Sequence record: MN871447.1
Reading direction: 5' to 3' (one strand)
DNA: 64,000 nt
Part shown: positions 26,785 to 35,597 of the stretch, one piece after another
How the letters are laid out: each line of letters starts with the position of its first letter
Position numbering within the stretch: the first letter of the stretch is position 1
Translations under genes and position numbers: made by a program
Notes under the pieces: generated by a model
What the model was told of the DNA's origin: nothing
The model's database searches: none
Seen by the model: the letters and a program-made list of their open reading frames with translations, nothing else

Positions 26785-27381
26785 TTATCTACCTGTACGC
26801 TTATTTGTCCAAGAAGACAATCGTTTCAAATTATCTCGATGAACCAATAAATCACCCCAATTTTTCTCGGGAGAGTTATCACCAGATGTAGCTCTCTGGT
26901 AGGCATACATAATTTGCTCGTAAGAAACCTCTACAGGCATCCCACCTGTCGCTGTACAGAATAACGGCATAACGACGTTTTTTATCGCCCGGCCTGGAGA
27001 AATACGGTTGAAATATTTTATCTGGCAAAAAGCAGCCAGCGCCGCGTGATATGCAGTGTCTTTACTTTTTGTCGGGCCAGGGAATCGCATCGTCGGTGCA
27101 TAGCACAATTGAACTACTTCACTCAGTGAAACGGTGATAGCCTGCCCCACTGGCATTTCTTTACCCCAGAATTGTTTGATGGCCGTTTGGACAGTTTCTT
27201 GGGAGCGAGGAAACTTGTCCCTTACTACTTTGTCAAAACCACCGTCCATAATACCAAACGAATTGCCGGGTGTAATAATGCAGTCGTAATCCTTACCCGG
27301 GACCATCGTTCTGAAATCCCGCTTTTCAAAATTTGGCCAGCTATCAAAGCCAGATAAATCAACTATCTTCAGATTAAACAT
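26785..27381 (-). CDS. Macrodomain protein (Tk.4/Poa1-like Appr-1''-p processing)
   Basis: DCIITPGNSFGIMDGGFD, YAPTMRFPG, VVMPLFCTATGG. Confidence 0.85.
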   Translation of the reverse strand: MFNLKIVDLSGFDSWPNFEKRDFRTMVPGKDYDCIITPGNSFGIMDGGFDKVVRDKFPRSQETVQTAIKQFWGKEMPVGQAITVSLSEVVQLCYAPTMRFPGPTKSKDTAYHAALAAFCQIKYFNRISPGRAIKNVVMPLFCTATGGMPVEVSYEQIMYAYQRATSGDNSPEKNWGDLLVHRDNLKRLSSWTNKRTGR

Positions 27382-27396
27382 TTTTTGGTTACCTCT

Positions 27397-27876
27397 TTAA
27401 TAAAAGAAGAAATTAGGGAATGGAAGCATTGACTTTTTCTTGTAGTTGCGATAGACGATTTCAATCGTTAACTTAACCCCTGCTTTTGAGGTGAGAAGAA
27501 GCACGTCAGAAATGTAATGCGTATTCGTTATCTTCCTTTTCCGGTAAAGGCCAAGAACTTTTTCGGACTTCTCGTTAATCACGTAGTCGCTTTCCAACCT
27601 TACTCGGATTTCTCCTTCGGAATTAGTTCGAATGGCCAGTTGGAAGTTGATAGAAAGTAGTGGCGTAGTAACCTTAACTTCCCCTTTCTCTCCGATACCC
27701 TTCTTCAGTTTTTCTTGGAAAGTGGTACTTTCTGCGTTGCTTCGTAAATACTCAGTAACCTCATCGATTACTTTTGAGATTACTAAAATCAATTCCCCTT
27801 CCGAAAAAACCTTTTCTTCTTGTTTCGGTTCTTCAAGTGCCTGAAATAATTTAGCGAGCGGGTCACTGGATGCCAT
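27397..27876 (-). CDS. Hypothetical protein
   Basis: 159-aa ORF tiling with neighbours. Confidence 0.6.
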   Translation of the reverse strand: MASSDPLAKLFQALEEPKQEEKVFSEGELILVISKVIDEVTEYLRSNAESTTFQEKLKKGIGEKGEVKVTTPLLSINFQLAIRTNSEGEIRVRLESDYVINEKSEKVLGLYRKRKITNTHYISDVLLLTSKAGVKLTIEIVYRNYKKKSMLPFPNFFFY

Positions 27877-27895
27877 ATATTTTCCCCCTAGTTAC

Positions 27896-28309
27896 TTATT
27901 TAACCCAAGTGTCAATCGGGCGAATAAAACTTTTGAATTCGCCGTACCACCATCCGTCTTCTTTTAACACGGGTTTAAAGTACGCCGATCGTCTGGCGAA
28001 ACCTTTTGCGTGTTGGCCGTCTGTCAAGAGTTGTTTATTCCAGATTGTACGTAATACCGTTGTCGGGAGAAGAAACGTACCACTCCCTGACAGCGGACGA
28101 TCGAAATAAGGGCCAACCTGAAAACGAAAATGACCTGTTTCAGTATTGTATTCAAAATCAATCGTATCGTCGCCAATGTCAAATTGATTCAAAAATGTTT
28201 TCGATAAAGAACAATCGGAATCCCGAGAGAGGCGTACGTACTCTACGTGATAACTGCGTTCCCGGTGAATATCTTTCACTTGTGAATAAGGGACTTTGAT
28301 AAAGGACAT
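27896..28309 (-). CDS. Hypothetical protein, paralog family A
   Basis: CSLSKTF...IDFEYNT..GHFRFQVG...GTFLLP...DGWWYGEF. Confidence 0.65.
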   Translation of the reverse strand: MSFIKVPYSQVKDIHRERSYHVEYVRLSRDSDCSLSKTFLNQFDIGDDTIDFEYNTETGHFRFQVGPYFDRPLSGSGTFLLPTTVLRTIWNKQLLTDGQHAKGFARRSAYFKPVLKEDGWWYGEFKSFIRPIDTWVK

Positions 28310-28361
28310 TCACTACTCCTTGAAAAATAAAAAGACGGAGGAATAACCCCCGCCTGATAAA

Positions 28362-28904
28362 TTAACAAATGACCGCGTCTACAAACAACGCCGACATCGA
28401 ACGGACTGGCGTAAGCGACTCTTTTAACGTAGGGAAGAATTTACCTTCCGAACTGATGAATAAACACGCGCAGTCTACTTGACCACGATTTATCCGCTGC
28501 GCCATTGCTAAGGTGTTCGGTAACGGAGTGACCTTGATCGAAGCGATCAATTTCGGTCCGAGGTAGTCAGCAATGACCTCTTTGAATTTCGCGCGAGTTC
28601 GCGGGTCACCGTATACCTTTACGGTCTTACCCTTCATCAGGTTATTCGCAATGAAAGCGGAATAATGCAACATCGCGGATTCGTTGAAGGTTCCTAACAC
28701 TTTAATGGACTGGATTCGTTTCATTTTGTAAAAACCCAATAAACGTCGTAAAATGAAATAGCATGGATTCCCGAGGGGAGATCGTCGATCCCTTCGATAT
28801 CTTTCATATCGAGTAAATTGACAACTAACCCGGTAGATAATAATCGCTTGAGGGTATAAGCCACGGCGCCAAGCGGAATTTCGAAGGTAATTGCTTTTTG
28901 GCAT
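28362..28904 (-). CDS. Hypothetical protein (probable start MKRIQSIK, ~28724)
   Basis: Downstream ATG gives a short overlap with the stop of 28721-29320. Confidence 0.55.
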   Translation of the reverse strand: MPKSNYLRNSAWRRGLYPQAIIIYRVSCQFTRYERYRRDRRSPLGNPCYFILRRLLGFYKMKRIQSIKVLGTFNESAMLHYSAFIANNLMKGKTVKVYGDPRTRAKFKEVIADYLGPKLIASIKVTPLPNTLAMAQRINRGQVDCACLFISSEGKFFPTLKESLTPVRSMSALFVDAVIC

Positions 28905-29320
28905 CTGAAATGACTGACCAGTTTGCGCGGTTTATCCGCTAACCGTTCGAGATAATCTTTATACGTTTCCCTGTCGTGACCACGCAGCGGCCACTGCCAG
29001 ACAATTCCGTCTGCGGCTACTATCGCCTCCCCTCGAAAACGATAAGGATTTTGATATTGCTCCCATTTGAGATACCCCGGTTGGTACATAGAGCCGTGAT
29101 CAAGGATCTCCAATTCTTTCCCTGCTATGGCTTCATGAATCATTTCTGCAAGGGCCGGTATGAGAACAGTTTCCCCTGCGGCATTTTTACCGAGAGCGAC
29201 CTTCTCTCCTTCCACTAAACCATAGACGTCAGCCGCGTAAGCGCCCCGTTCAAACTTAAATTTCATTCTTTCTTTTCCTCTATTTTGAAACAACCTACCG
29301 GGACGTGTTTCACTAACCAC
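28721..29320 (-). CDS. Hypothetical protein (probable start MKFKFERG)
   Basis: GAGGA RBS; tiles with Tpt1 gene. Confidence 0.6.
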   Translation of the reverse strand: MVSETRPGRLFQNRGKERMKFKFERGAYAADVYGLVEGEKVALGKNAAGETVLIPALAEMIHEAIAGKELEILDHGSMYQPGYLKWEQYQNPYRFRGEAIVAADGIVWQWPLRGHDRETYKDYLERLADKPRKLVSHFRCQKAITFEIPLGAVAYTLKRLLSTGLVVNLLDMKDIEGIDDLPSGIHAISFYDVYWVFTK

Positions 29321-29826
29321 ACGCCGTTAATCGCTTTGTAGAACACGTAGCCGCGTTCCAAAAGTTTCTGGGTGTCAATACTCAAGACTACGAGCGACCC
29401 TTTCTTAGCGTACCGTAACCCCACTAAACGCGCTGTCTCAATGTGGTCAGTTAAATGAACGAACTGACGTGACCCCGGCGTTAACCCTTCCTGAAAAATG
29501 CTCTCTAAATTCCCCGATGCAGTGCCGTGGTAAAGTACCTCAGGCGGTACCTCTTCATTGAAGGCCATTTCATTTACTGGGAATGAATGTCCTTGTACAG
29601 CACGGATGGAAGAAAAATCATCGGATAACCCAAATCGTTTCTTATCGTCCGTCTCTACAACGTGCATGATTTCCTGTAACGTAACTACCTTATTCTGTTC
29701 AGAGAATGCTGCAATCAGGTCGTCGAGTCTGACATAGCCAAGTTCATCAGGCGTTAATTTCAAAGCCTGAGGCCGATGGCGTAAAATGAAACACAGTGTT
29801 TTTGATAACTTAATTGGATCGTTCAA
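29263..29826 (-). CDS. kptA: RNA 2'-phosphotransferase (Tpt1/KptA)
   Basis: LSKTLCFILRH, DDKKRF, IRAVQGHS, VLYHGT, RQFVHL and NGVWLVKHVP are the Tpt1 motifs. Confidence 0.92.
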   Translation of the reverse strand: MNDPIKLSKTLCFILRHRPQALKLTPDELGYVRLDDLIAAFSEQNKVVTLQEIMHVVETDDKKRFGLSDDFSSIRAVQGHSFPVNEMAFNEEVPPEVLYHGTASGNLESIFQEGLTPGSRQFVHLTDHIETARLVGLRYAKKGSLVVLSIDTQKLLERGYVFYKAINGVWLVKHVPVGCFKIEEKKE

Positions 29827-29830
29827 ATTA

Positions 29831-30358
29831 TTACCCTTGGAGCGTATAACCTGCGCCGTAAACTTCGATCAATTGATCCCAAATAGGATCTACCCAAACG
29901 GGTACTTTGAACCCAAGATGTTCTTCTTCACGGTATAACCAGCCTTTCTTCTCGGTGAAAGAGAAGAAGTTATCTCTGCTCTTTTTAAGGTTATCGTAAT
30001 AGGCAAACATTTTGTGGTCGGTCGCTTCTGCTTTATATTTCGCATAAAGCCATTTACGGTATTGCGCTTCGATTTCAGTATATTCCACTGGCTCATACCC
30101 AGAAAGAATCGTCACACCACCCGTTGAATTCTCCGGGTAGCGCTGGAGTCCATCCCAAATAGCGGGTAGGGGGATAAAATCCCCTAATTCCCAAATATCG
30201 AACATGGGTGTCAGAACAGAGCGGGGTTCGTCCGGGCAAACACTGAACGTTGCATTGCGGAACGCAGCTTCTTTATTTTCAGCGGCGATTAATAACACTG
30301 TCGCTTCTTTAGATTCAGGGAGATCGTAAAACTTCTCACTCGCCAGAAACAGTTTCAT
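29831..30358 (-). CDS. Hypothetical protein
   Basis: 175-aa ORF tiling with neighbours. Confidence 0.65.
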   Translation of the reverse strand: MKLFLASEKFYDLPESKEATVLLIAAENKEAAFRNATFSVCPDEPRSVLTPMFDIWELGDFIPLPAIWDGLQRYPENSTGGVTILSGYEPVEYTEIEAQYRKWLYAKYKAEATDHKMFAYYDNLKKSRDNFFSFTEKKGWLYREEEHLGFKVPVWVDPIWDQLIEVYGAGYTLQG

Positions 30359-31064
30359 TGTTATTCCCCTGTGCAGTTAGGCCAAAATAATGACAACTAC
30401 CTTGCGCAACAACTCGGTATTTTTTCGCGTGTGCCGCGCCTAACGCAGTGTAAAACTTGAGATTGCTGATGTAGTCAATGTTTCTTTTCGTAAACTCTTC
30501 TCGTGACTGACCGAAGCGAATACCGATCTCTTGGTAAAGTCCGTTGAAGATGTCTTCATCGAGATAAGACATCGCGTAGAGTTGATCGGCGTCCCGGATA
30601 ATGCCGAATAAATAACGCATACCGGTACCGCCGGGATACTGCGGAAAAGGGTCGTCGAAGTTATAATGCGTGAATCCGACTAATAAAGTGATCATCGCTT
30701 TGTTAGCCGTAGGAAACTCACGCCAGAAACCTAATTGCTCAAGTTGCTGTAAAGTGTACTCAATATTCTTCCAGTCATCTTTCTCTCCTAAGTGACAGAA
30801 ATCGTGAACTAGTCCTGCGATGACGGCTGATTCAAAATCCTTCTCAGAGAGCCCGTAATTTGATGGCTCAAGATTGGAAAGAAGATAACCTGTCAGTACA
30901 CCTACGCCAATTAAATGGCGTGTGGAGTGGTACGGTCGCCCTGCGTTGTGTTCTTCTACCCAGCGAATGATCCCATTGTAGTCATTGAAGAAACAACGTC
31001 CCCAGATCGGGTTCATTTCCTTCAGTCCGTAATTATCCCAGAAGACTGAGAACTCACTGTGCAT
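30336..31064 (-). CDS. HD-domain metal-dependent phosphohydrolase
   Basis: PYHSTRH ... AGLVHDFCHLG ... IIRDAD: H..HD..D metal ligands. Confidence 0.8.
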   Translation of the reverse strand: MHSEFSVFWDNYGLKEMNPIWGRCFFNDYNGIIRWVEEHNAGRPYHSTRHLIGVGVLTGYLLSNLEPSNYGLSEKDFESAVIAGLVHDFCHLGEKDDWKNIEYTLQQLEQLGFWREFPTANKAMITLLVGFTHYNFDDPFPQYPGGTGMRYLFGIIRDADQLYAMSYLDEDIFNGLYQEIGIRFGQSREEFTKRNIDYISNLKFYTALGAAHAKKYRVVAQGSCHYFGLTAQGNNNETVSGE

Positions 31065-31770
31065 TTTTAACCTCGTTATACGCGTTGTTTACTGCCACCA
31101 ACGTTTTGCTCACCGCCTCATTGTCTGGGAGAGTAAGCGGCCAGCTGGGGTGCATGTTGATGTAATATTCGTTCTCGCCAGGAGCGAAGACGATAAAGAA
31201 TGTATGGTCAGCGTTCACTTCCGCAGAGAGCCGATTAATGGCGATATTGTAATAGACCCGACACCCTGCTTTCTCTCCGACTGCCTTTAGTTTGTCTGGG
31301 TTGATTAATGGGTTGTTTAAGAAGGACTCAACTGTCCCTTTAAACGGGAGAATATTCATTTCGCCGTTAGAGGAATCCGTCGGGCCGCGATACAGTTTAA
31401 CGGCATCCTGACAATACTCTTCTACCCGATCGCAATACGTCGCAATCAACGCTTCAGGTACTGCCGAGAGTTTGTCGGTGAGTTTATCAATCAGTACCGC
31501 GGTATCGGCTTCATCTGACCGGACCATGATCATCGGAAACCATTTATTCAGCAGACAGAAGAAACGGGGGTCTACGCCGTGATTAACGAGGTAAGAAACG
31601 AATTCACTGGTAGCGATCCCTGCCACCCAGCCGTAGGGCTTAAAGGTACCCGGAGGAGCCCAATCTTCATCAGACCAAAATTTACGGAGATAAAATTCGT
31701 CCCGTTTAAGACGTTGGATGAAGAAAGTGAACTCTGGTTTATGATTCAGAAAACGTTCGATGAAATCCAT
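31054..31770 (-). CDS. Hypothetical protein
   Basis: 238-aa ORF tiling with neighbours. Confidence 0.65.
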   Translation of the reverse strand: MDFIERFLNHKPEFTFFIQRLKRDEFYLRKFWSDEDWAPPGTFKPYGWVAGIATSEFVSYLVNHGVDPRFFCLLNKWFPMIMVRSDEADTAVLIDKLTDKLSAVPEALIATYCDRVEEYCQDAVKLYRGPTDSSNGEMNILPFKGTVESFLNNPLINPDKLKAVGEKAGCRVYYNIAINRLSAEVNADHTFFIVFAPGENEYYINMHPSWPLTLPDNEAVSKTLVAVNNAYNEVKNAQ

Positions 31771-32219
31771 TATTTATCCTCGAGGTGAAAACGAATTTTA
31801 AAGACGGGATAATCAGTGATCTCGTCTTCATTGAGTAAAAGGATGCGAATAGCTTTGATATTAAAGCCGAAAATCAATTTGAAATCTATAGCCTGCTCTT
31901 CACAATACGTAGTGCGACAGACATTATTCGAAATGAGATCGTTATCGGGATTAACAAACAAACAATTCTCCGGCAATTGACAGTCTACCCCACGATAGCA
32001 AATTGATAGAATCTCTAGACGGGTTATTTTTCTGTCGACAGGAAGTTGGTCTCTAAGCTTGTAAATCTTGTCTTTATCAACGATGAGATCAGCGTAGTCG
32101 AGTTTAGGTCCGAATAGGTTAAGGGTTATTTCTTCATTCAACAGTCTATTGATCTCGAAAACTTTTACTTTATCAGAAATATCCCTTTTCAAGATTTCTT
32201 TAATTTTTTCGATGGACAT
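31770..32219 (-). CDS. Hypothetical protein, first gene after an early-type promoter
   Basis: AGGAG RBS. Confidence 0.65.
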   Translation of the reverse strand: MSIEKIKEILKRDISDKVKVFEINRLLNEEITLNLFGPKLDYADLIVDKDKIYKLRDQLPVDRKITRLEILSICYRGVDCQLPENCLFVNPDNDLISNNVCRTTYCEEQAIDFKLIFGFNIKAIRILLLNEDEITDYPVFKIRFHLEDK

Positions 32220-32245
32220 TTATTTCTCCTTTTATTTTTCCTCTA

Positions 32246-32268
32246 CATCTAAGTGATATAGACTTGAA
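32246..32268 (-). promoter_or_regulatory. Putative phage early promoter, copy 5
   Basis: TTCAAGTCTATATCACTTAGATG. Confidence 0.75.
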
Positions 32269-32300
32269 AACAAATCCAAAAGAAAAAGAGAACATAGAAC

Positions 32301-32328
32301 CTTCCTCTCTCCCGAAGGAGAGAGGAAG
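32301..32328 (-). terminator. Terminator hairpin with cUUCGg tetraloop
   Basis: 12-bp stem CTTCCTCTCTCC/GGAGAGAGGAAG. Confidence 0.8.
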
Positions 32329-32335
32329 CGTCAAA

Positions 32336-32740
32336 CTATAGTTGCTGACCCATGGCCGCCGCTACAATCACTGCAACGAAGATCGAAACAATGCCGGAGA
32401 GAATGTACCAGACAAACCACAGGCGGGAGTTACCGTTGCGATTCTGGCGCTTATAGACATAAACCGGAGAGAGCAGCCACCACCAACCCGATGGGACAAA
32501 GGCCCCTTCTTTCTTCAGCATTTCACGGTCGGTGATGAACCAACCCGTAAACAGTATCAGTGAGATCAGCCAGCCGATGGTTGGTAAGGCGACCTGAATC
32601 GCAGTGAAGATCGGCTGTGAGAAAATGATGAAAAGCATGAAGAACGGCGTCATCAGCTGAGGCTTAGTGCCTTTCTTGAAGAAAGTGTAACCGTTCGCGT
32701 TTTGGTATTGGATTTCTGTTTCAATAGTGTTCTGGGACAT
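32336..32740 (-). CDS. Monocistronic multi-pass membrane protein
   Basis: Several TM segments; SGWWWLLSPVYVYKR; own promoter and terminator. Confidence 0.7.
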   Translation of the reverse strand: MSQNTIETEIQYQNANGYTFFKKGTKPQLMTPFFMLFIIFSQPIFTAIQVALPTIGWLISLILFTGWFITDREMLKKEGAFVPSGWWWLLSPVYVYKRQNRNGNSRLWFVWYILSGIVSIFVAVIVAAAMGQQL

Positions 32741-32805
32741 TTTATTACTCGCTTAGTTAAAGGTTGTTGTTAAATGATTTTAAAGTGACTTATCTGTCGT
32801 ATATG

Positions 32806-32828
32806 CAATCAAGTGATATAGATGTTAA
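32806..32828 (-). promoter_or_regulatory. Putative phage early promoter, copy 6
   Basis: TTAACATCTATATCACTTGATTG. Confidence 0.75.
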
Positions 32829-33376
32829 ATGATTTCGATATTGAAGGCGGGTTCGGGGATGCCTTTAAAAGCGCATTCGTTACTGACGAGTTCACTCAGA
32901 CCACCGCCGATATAAACATCTTTAAGTCCGCGTTTGCTATAAGTACGTTTGCCGATGGGACTTTCTGCGGAGCAATCGTTCCGGAAAAGAAGATAAATTC
33001 TTTGCCCATCAAAATCGGTGTAGATTGAATAATCAGTAACGTCTTCTTGTTCGCCAGGTTCAGCAAAACAAAAATCAATAACGTTCGCGGAGAGTAGCCA
33101 GAAAAACCGAAGGTATTCCCGTAACAGATCGATTTGAATGGCAGAGAACTCGCCGCCTTTGTTAATTTTTTCTATCATCTCTTTAACCGGAACTTCAGAA
33201 GAGGGCGAACCAACACCGTGAAGATCTCCTAGGATTTCCCACGCTGGATCGTTATCTCGTTGAACAAAAAGAAACTCTCCGCTTTTCTCGTCATACATCA
33301 CCGACGCCAACTCGGATTCGAGAAGTTTTAACCCTGCACGGTAATTCTCAATTAAAGAAGTTTCTGTGTTTTCCAT
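32825..33376 (-). CDS. Hypothetical protein
   Basis: 183-aa ORF with GAGG RBS. Confidence 0.65.
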   Translation of the reverse strand: MENTETSLIENYRAGLKLLESELASVMYDEKSGEFLFVQRDNDPAWEILGDLHGVGSPSSEVPVKEMIEKINKGGEFSAIQIDLLREYLRFFWLLSANVIDFCFAEPGEQEDVTDYSIYTDFDGQRIYLLFRNDCSAESPIGKRTYSKRGLKDVYIGGGLSELVSNECAFKGIPEPAFNIEII

Positions 33377-33805
33377 TTAAAATACCTCTATTTGTAAAAA
33401 GTTTTGTTGGGGGTTGACTTCTAGTTCAAACTGAACATCGTCATCTGAGATGTAGCCCCCAAGATCAATTTTCTCAAAGAAAAATCGATAGATCGTTGGC
33501 CACCCACAATAAACATCGATATGTTGAGAAAACTTCTCAAAGACCTCGTATAACCTCTCGCCTTCATCAGGCCCTATTTTCTTAGTTTCATCATCGAAAT
33601 AAGACGGTTCGATAAATTGATGATAGGCTTGCTCTGAAAACGCCTGATGTAAAATTTTCCCAGCATACTTTGAATCTGCGTTTTCAGCGGTAAGAATGAC
33701 AGCCCAGAAAAGGGCTGTCATGACGTAAATGCGGTCATCAGGATCCTTGATCTTCCGCAGACCCATCGAGAGTCTCTCCGGAATCCCCAAAATGAACGTT
33801 CCCAT
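33377..33805 (-). CDS. Hypothetical protein
   Basis: 142-aa ORF with AAGGA RBS. Confidence 0.6.
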   Translation of the reverse strand: MGTFILGIPERLSMGLRKIKDPDDRIYVMTALFWAVILTAENADSKYAGKILHQAFSEQAYHQFIEPSYFDDETKKIGPDEGERLYEVFEKFSQHIDVYCGWPTIYRFFFEKIDLGGYISDDDVQFELEVNPQQNFLQIEVF

Positions 33806-34943
33806 CTTTTTCCTTTATCCTCATGATAAACGAGTAGCAATAACTGATCTTTCTGCCAAATCTCCGGAGATGATCACGGTCTAAAGAGTCAGTCACGTTA
33901 GGAATCAAACCCGTGGACAAGAAACTTTCGTCAAAAATTTCTACGTCTTTACCGTAATCAGAAAAGAAACCACGGAGATTGACTTCGAGACGCTCGATCA
34001 AACGAGATATGTCTAGTTCAACTTCGGGTATCGTTAATCTAAGGTTAAGAACAAAGTCATTCTTGTCCAAGGTTAAAGAAGCATCGAGTACAAAAGATTG
34101 ATCCATTGTTAAATCGATAATCGATTGACCTTTTAATTCCATAACGGAAATGTTCTGTAACGTTGTCTCAGAAAGGTAGTCCGAGATTTTCCGCGAGAAA
34201 AAGCCGATGCTATCGACGTACTCTTTTTCCAACTTCCTCTTCATTTCGTTGGTGAATGACAAAAGTTGATGATAAACCTCTACCGGTTTTCCTTTTGCCG
34301 AGAATTTATTTACGTCAGCATCAGGTAAACAAAAGATGATTTCCTCGGACTTTTCATCTCTACTGGAAAAAATGTCCCAAGGGGAATTAAGGGTAACATA
34401 CCCAAGATCGTTGGAAAGCGTATCTGTTATCCACTTTTTCCAATGCCATTCAATGGCGGAGCTATTCTGATCGTTAATAGACGATCGAATAATGGTTCGG
34501 ATATCCGAACCATTCAGACCCGGGAAAGACTGAGTAACCTGAAACCTAATCGCATCTTCCCATTCCCATCCAAACATAGGGATTTCTACCGTAATACGCC
34601 ACAGACCCATGAAATCCCGCGTCAATGAAAACTTTACACTGTTTTCTGGGAATATTGAGTCCGCTTTATTTCTCAGTAAGATTCCCTCCTTCGTCGTTTG
34701 AACAAGCATATTTTGACTACCCGATAATAGCTCACGCAACAAAGTTAAAGACTCTTCACCGGGATAAAGTTGTTTTGTCATTTCTTCTTGAATTTCGTTT
34801 ACTTTCTCCTTGACCAAATTGTCATCAATCACCGAGTAAGAAAGAGAAGATTTCCCTTTATTTTTTACTAAAACAAAATAGATCGAAGTCACGCCGGCGC
34901 CAATTAATGCCAAGACCCCTAACGCAAAAAGAATATCAGTCAT
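33738..34943 (-). CDS. Membrane-anchored hypothetical protein
   Basis: N-terminal TM ILFALGVLALIGAGVTSIYFVLV; 401 aa. Confidence 0.7.
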   Translation of the reverse strand: MTDILFALGVLALIGAGVTSIYFVLVKNKGKSSLSYSVIDDNLVKEKVNEIQEEMTKQLYPGEESLTLLRELLSGSQNMLVQTTKEGILLRNKADSIFPENSVKFSLTRDFMGLWRITVEIPMFGWEWEDAIRFQVTQSFPGLNGSDIRTIIRSSINDQNSSAIEWHWKKWITDTLSNDLGYVTLNSPWDIFSSRDEKSEEIIFCLPDADVNKFSAKGKPVEVYHQLLSFTNEMKRKLEKEYVDSIGFFSRKISDYLSETTLQNISVMELKGQSIIDLTMDQSFVLDASLTLDKNDFVLNLRLTIPEVELDISRLIERLEVNLRGFFSDYGKDVEIFDESFLSTGLIPNVTDSLDRDHLRRFGRKISYCYSFIMRIKEKDGNVHFGDSGETLDGSAEDQGS

Positions 34944-35142
34944 TTACTTTACCTTTTGAGAATTCAACGAATTCACCCGCGAACTGAATCAGCTCAGCAC
35001 CGTTCGGTTGAGTATCGGTATTTAACATACCGGCTGCGACGAGGACATCGTATAATGCCTCGGCTAATAACTGACGCTGATGAAAAACATCAGCAGGATC
35101 ATTATCGGGCAGATAGACTTTAGACATGTTAAAATTCTCCAA
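34936..35142 (-). CDS. Hypothetical protein
   Basis: 68-aa ORF with GGAG RBS before MSKVY. Confidence 0.6.
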   Translation of the reverse strand: MENFNMSKVYLPDNDPADVFHQRQLLAEALYDVLVAAGMLNTDTQPNGAELIQFAGEFVEFSKGKVND

Positions 35143-35147
35143 TATTG

Positions 35148-35597
35148 TTACTGTTTATTGTTCACTACCACCGAGGCTTTCTCGGGGTCTGTGTCGTGCG
35201 CCAAAGAAATGTTTCCCAGCTCTTCACGGAAGGTGTAGTTCAGGGTTGTCGTTGTCGAATCATTTTGGGTGATATCTACCACACCGCTTTTCACGTTCTG
35301 ACTTTGGATCGTTAAATCGATACTTTCCCATTCAACGATATCCAATTCACGATTAGACGACAAGAACCAAACGTTATCGCCTACAGCCTCTTCACTGTCC
35401 ATGAAAACAGCCAGATAACGTTCACCGGGAACTAAGTGAGTGAAACGATCGCTGGCAATCCAGAAGGGGATGAGCACATTACCAAATTTCAAGACAAGAT
35501 TGGCCTGCTCGCCTTTGTCATTGAGGGGGACTTCGTTAGGGTTCAGTTCCATTTTATTCTCCCCCAAAAGATTGTTGTATGGCAGTACGAACATCAA
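35148..35597 (-). CDS. Hypothetical protein (probable start MELNPNEV)
   Basis: GGGGAG RBS before internal ATG. Confidence 0.6.
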   Translation of the reverse strand: MMFVLPYNNLLGENKMELNPNEVPLNDKGEQANLVLKFGNVLIPFWIASDRFTHLVPGERYLAVFMDSEEAVGDNVWFLSSNRELDIVEWESIDLTIQSQNVKSGVVDITQNDSTTTTLNYTFREELGNISLAHDTDPEKASVVVNNKQ

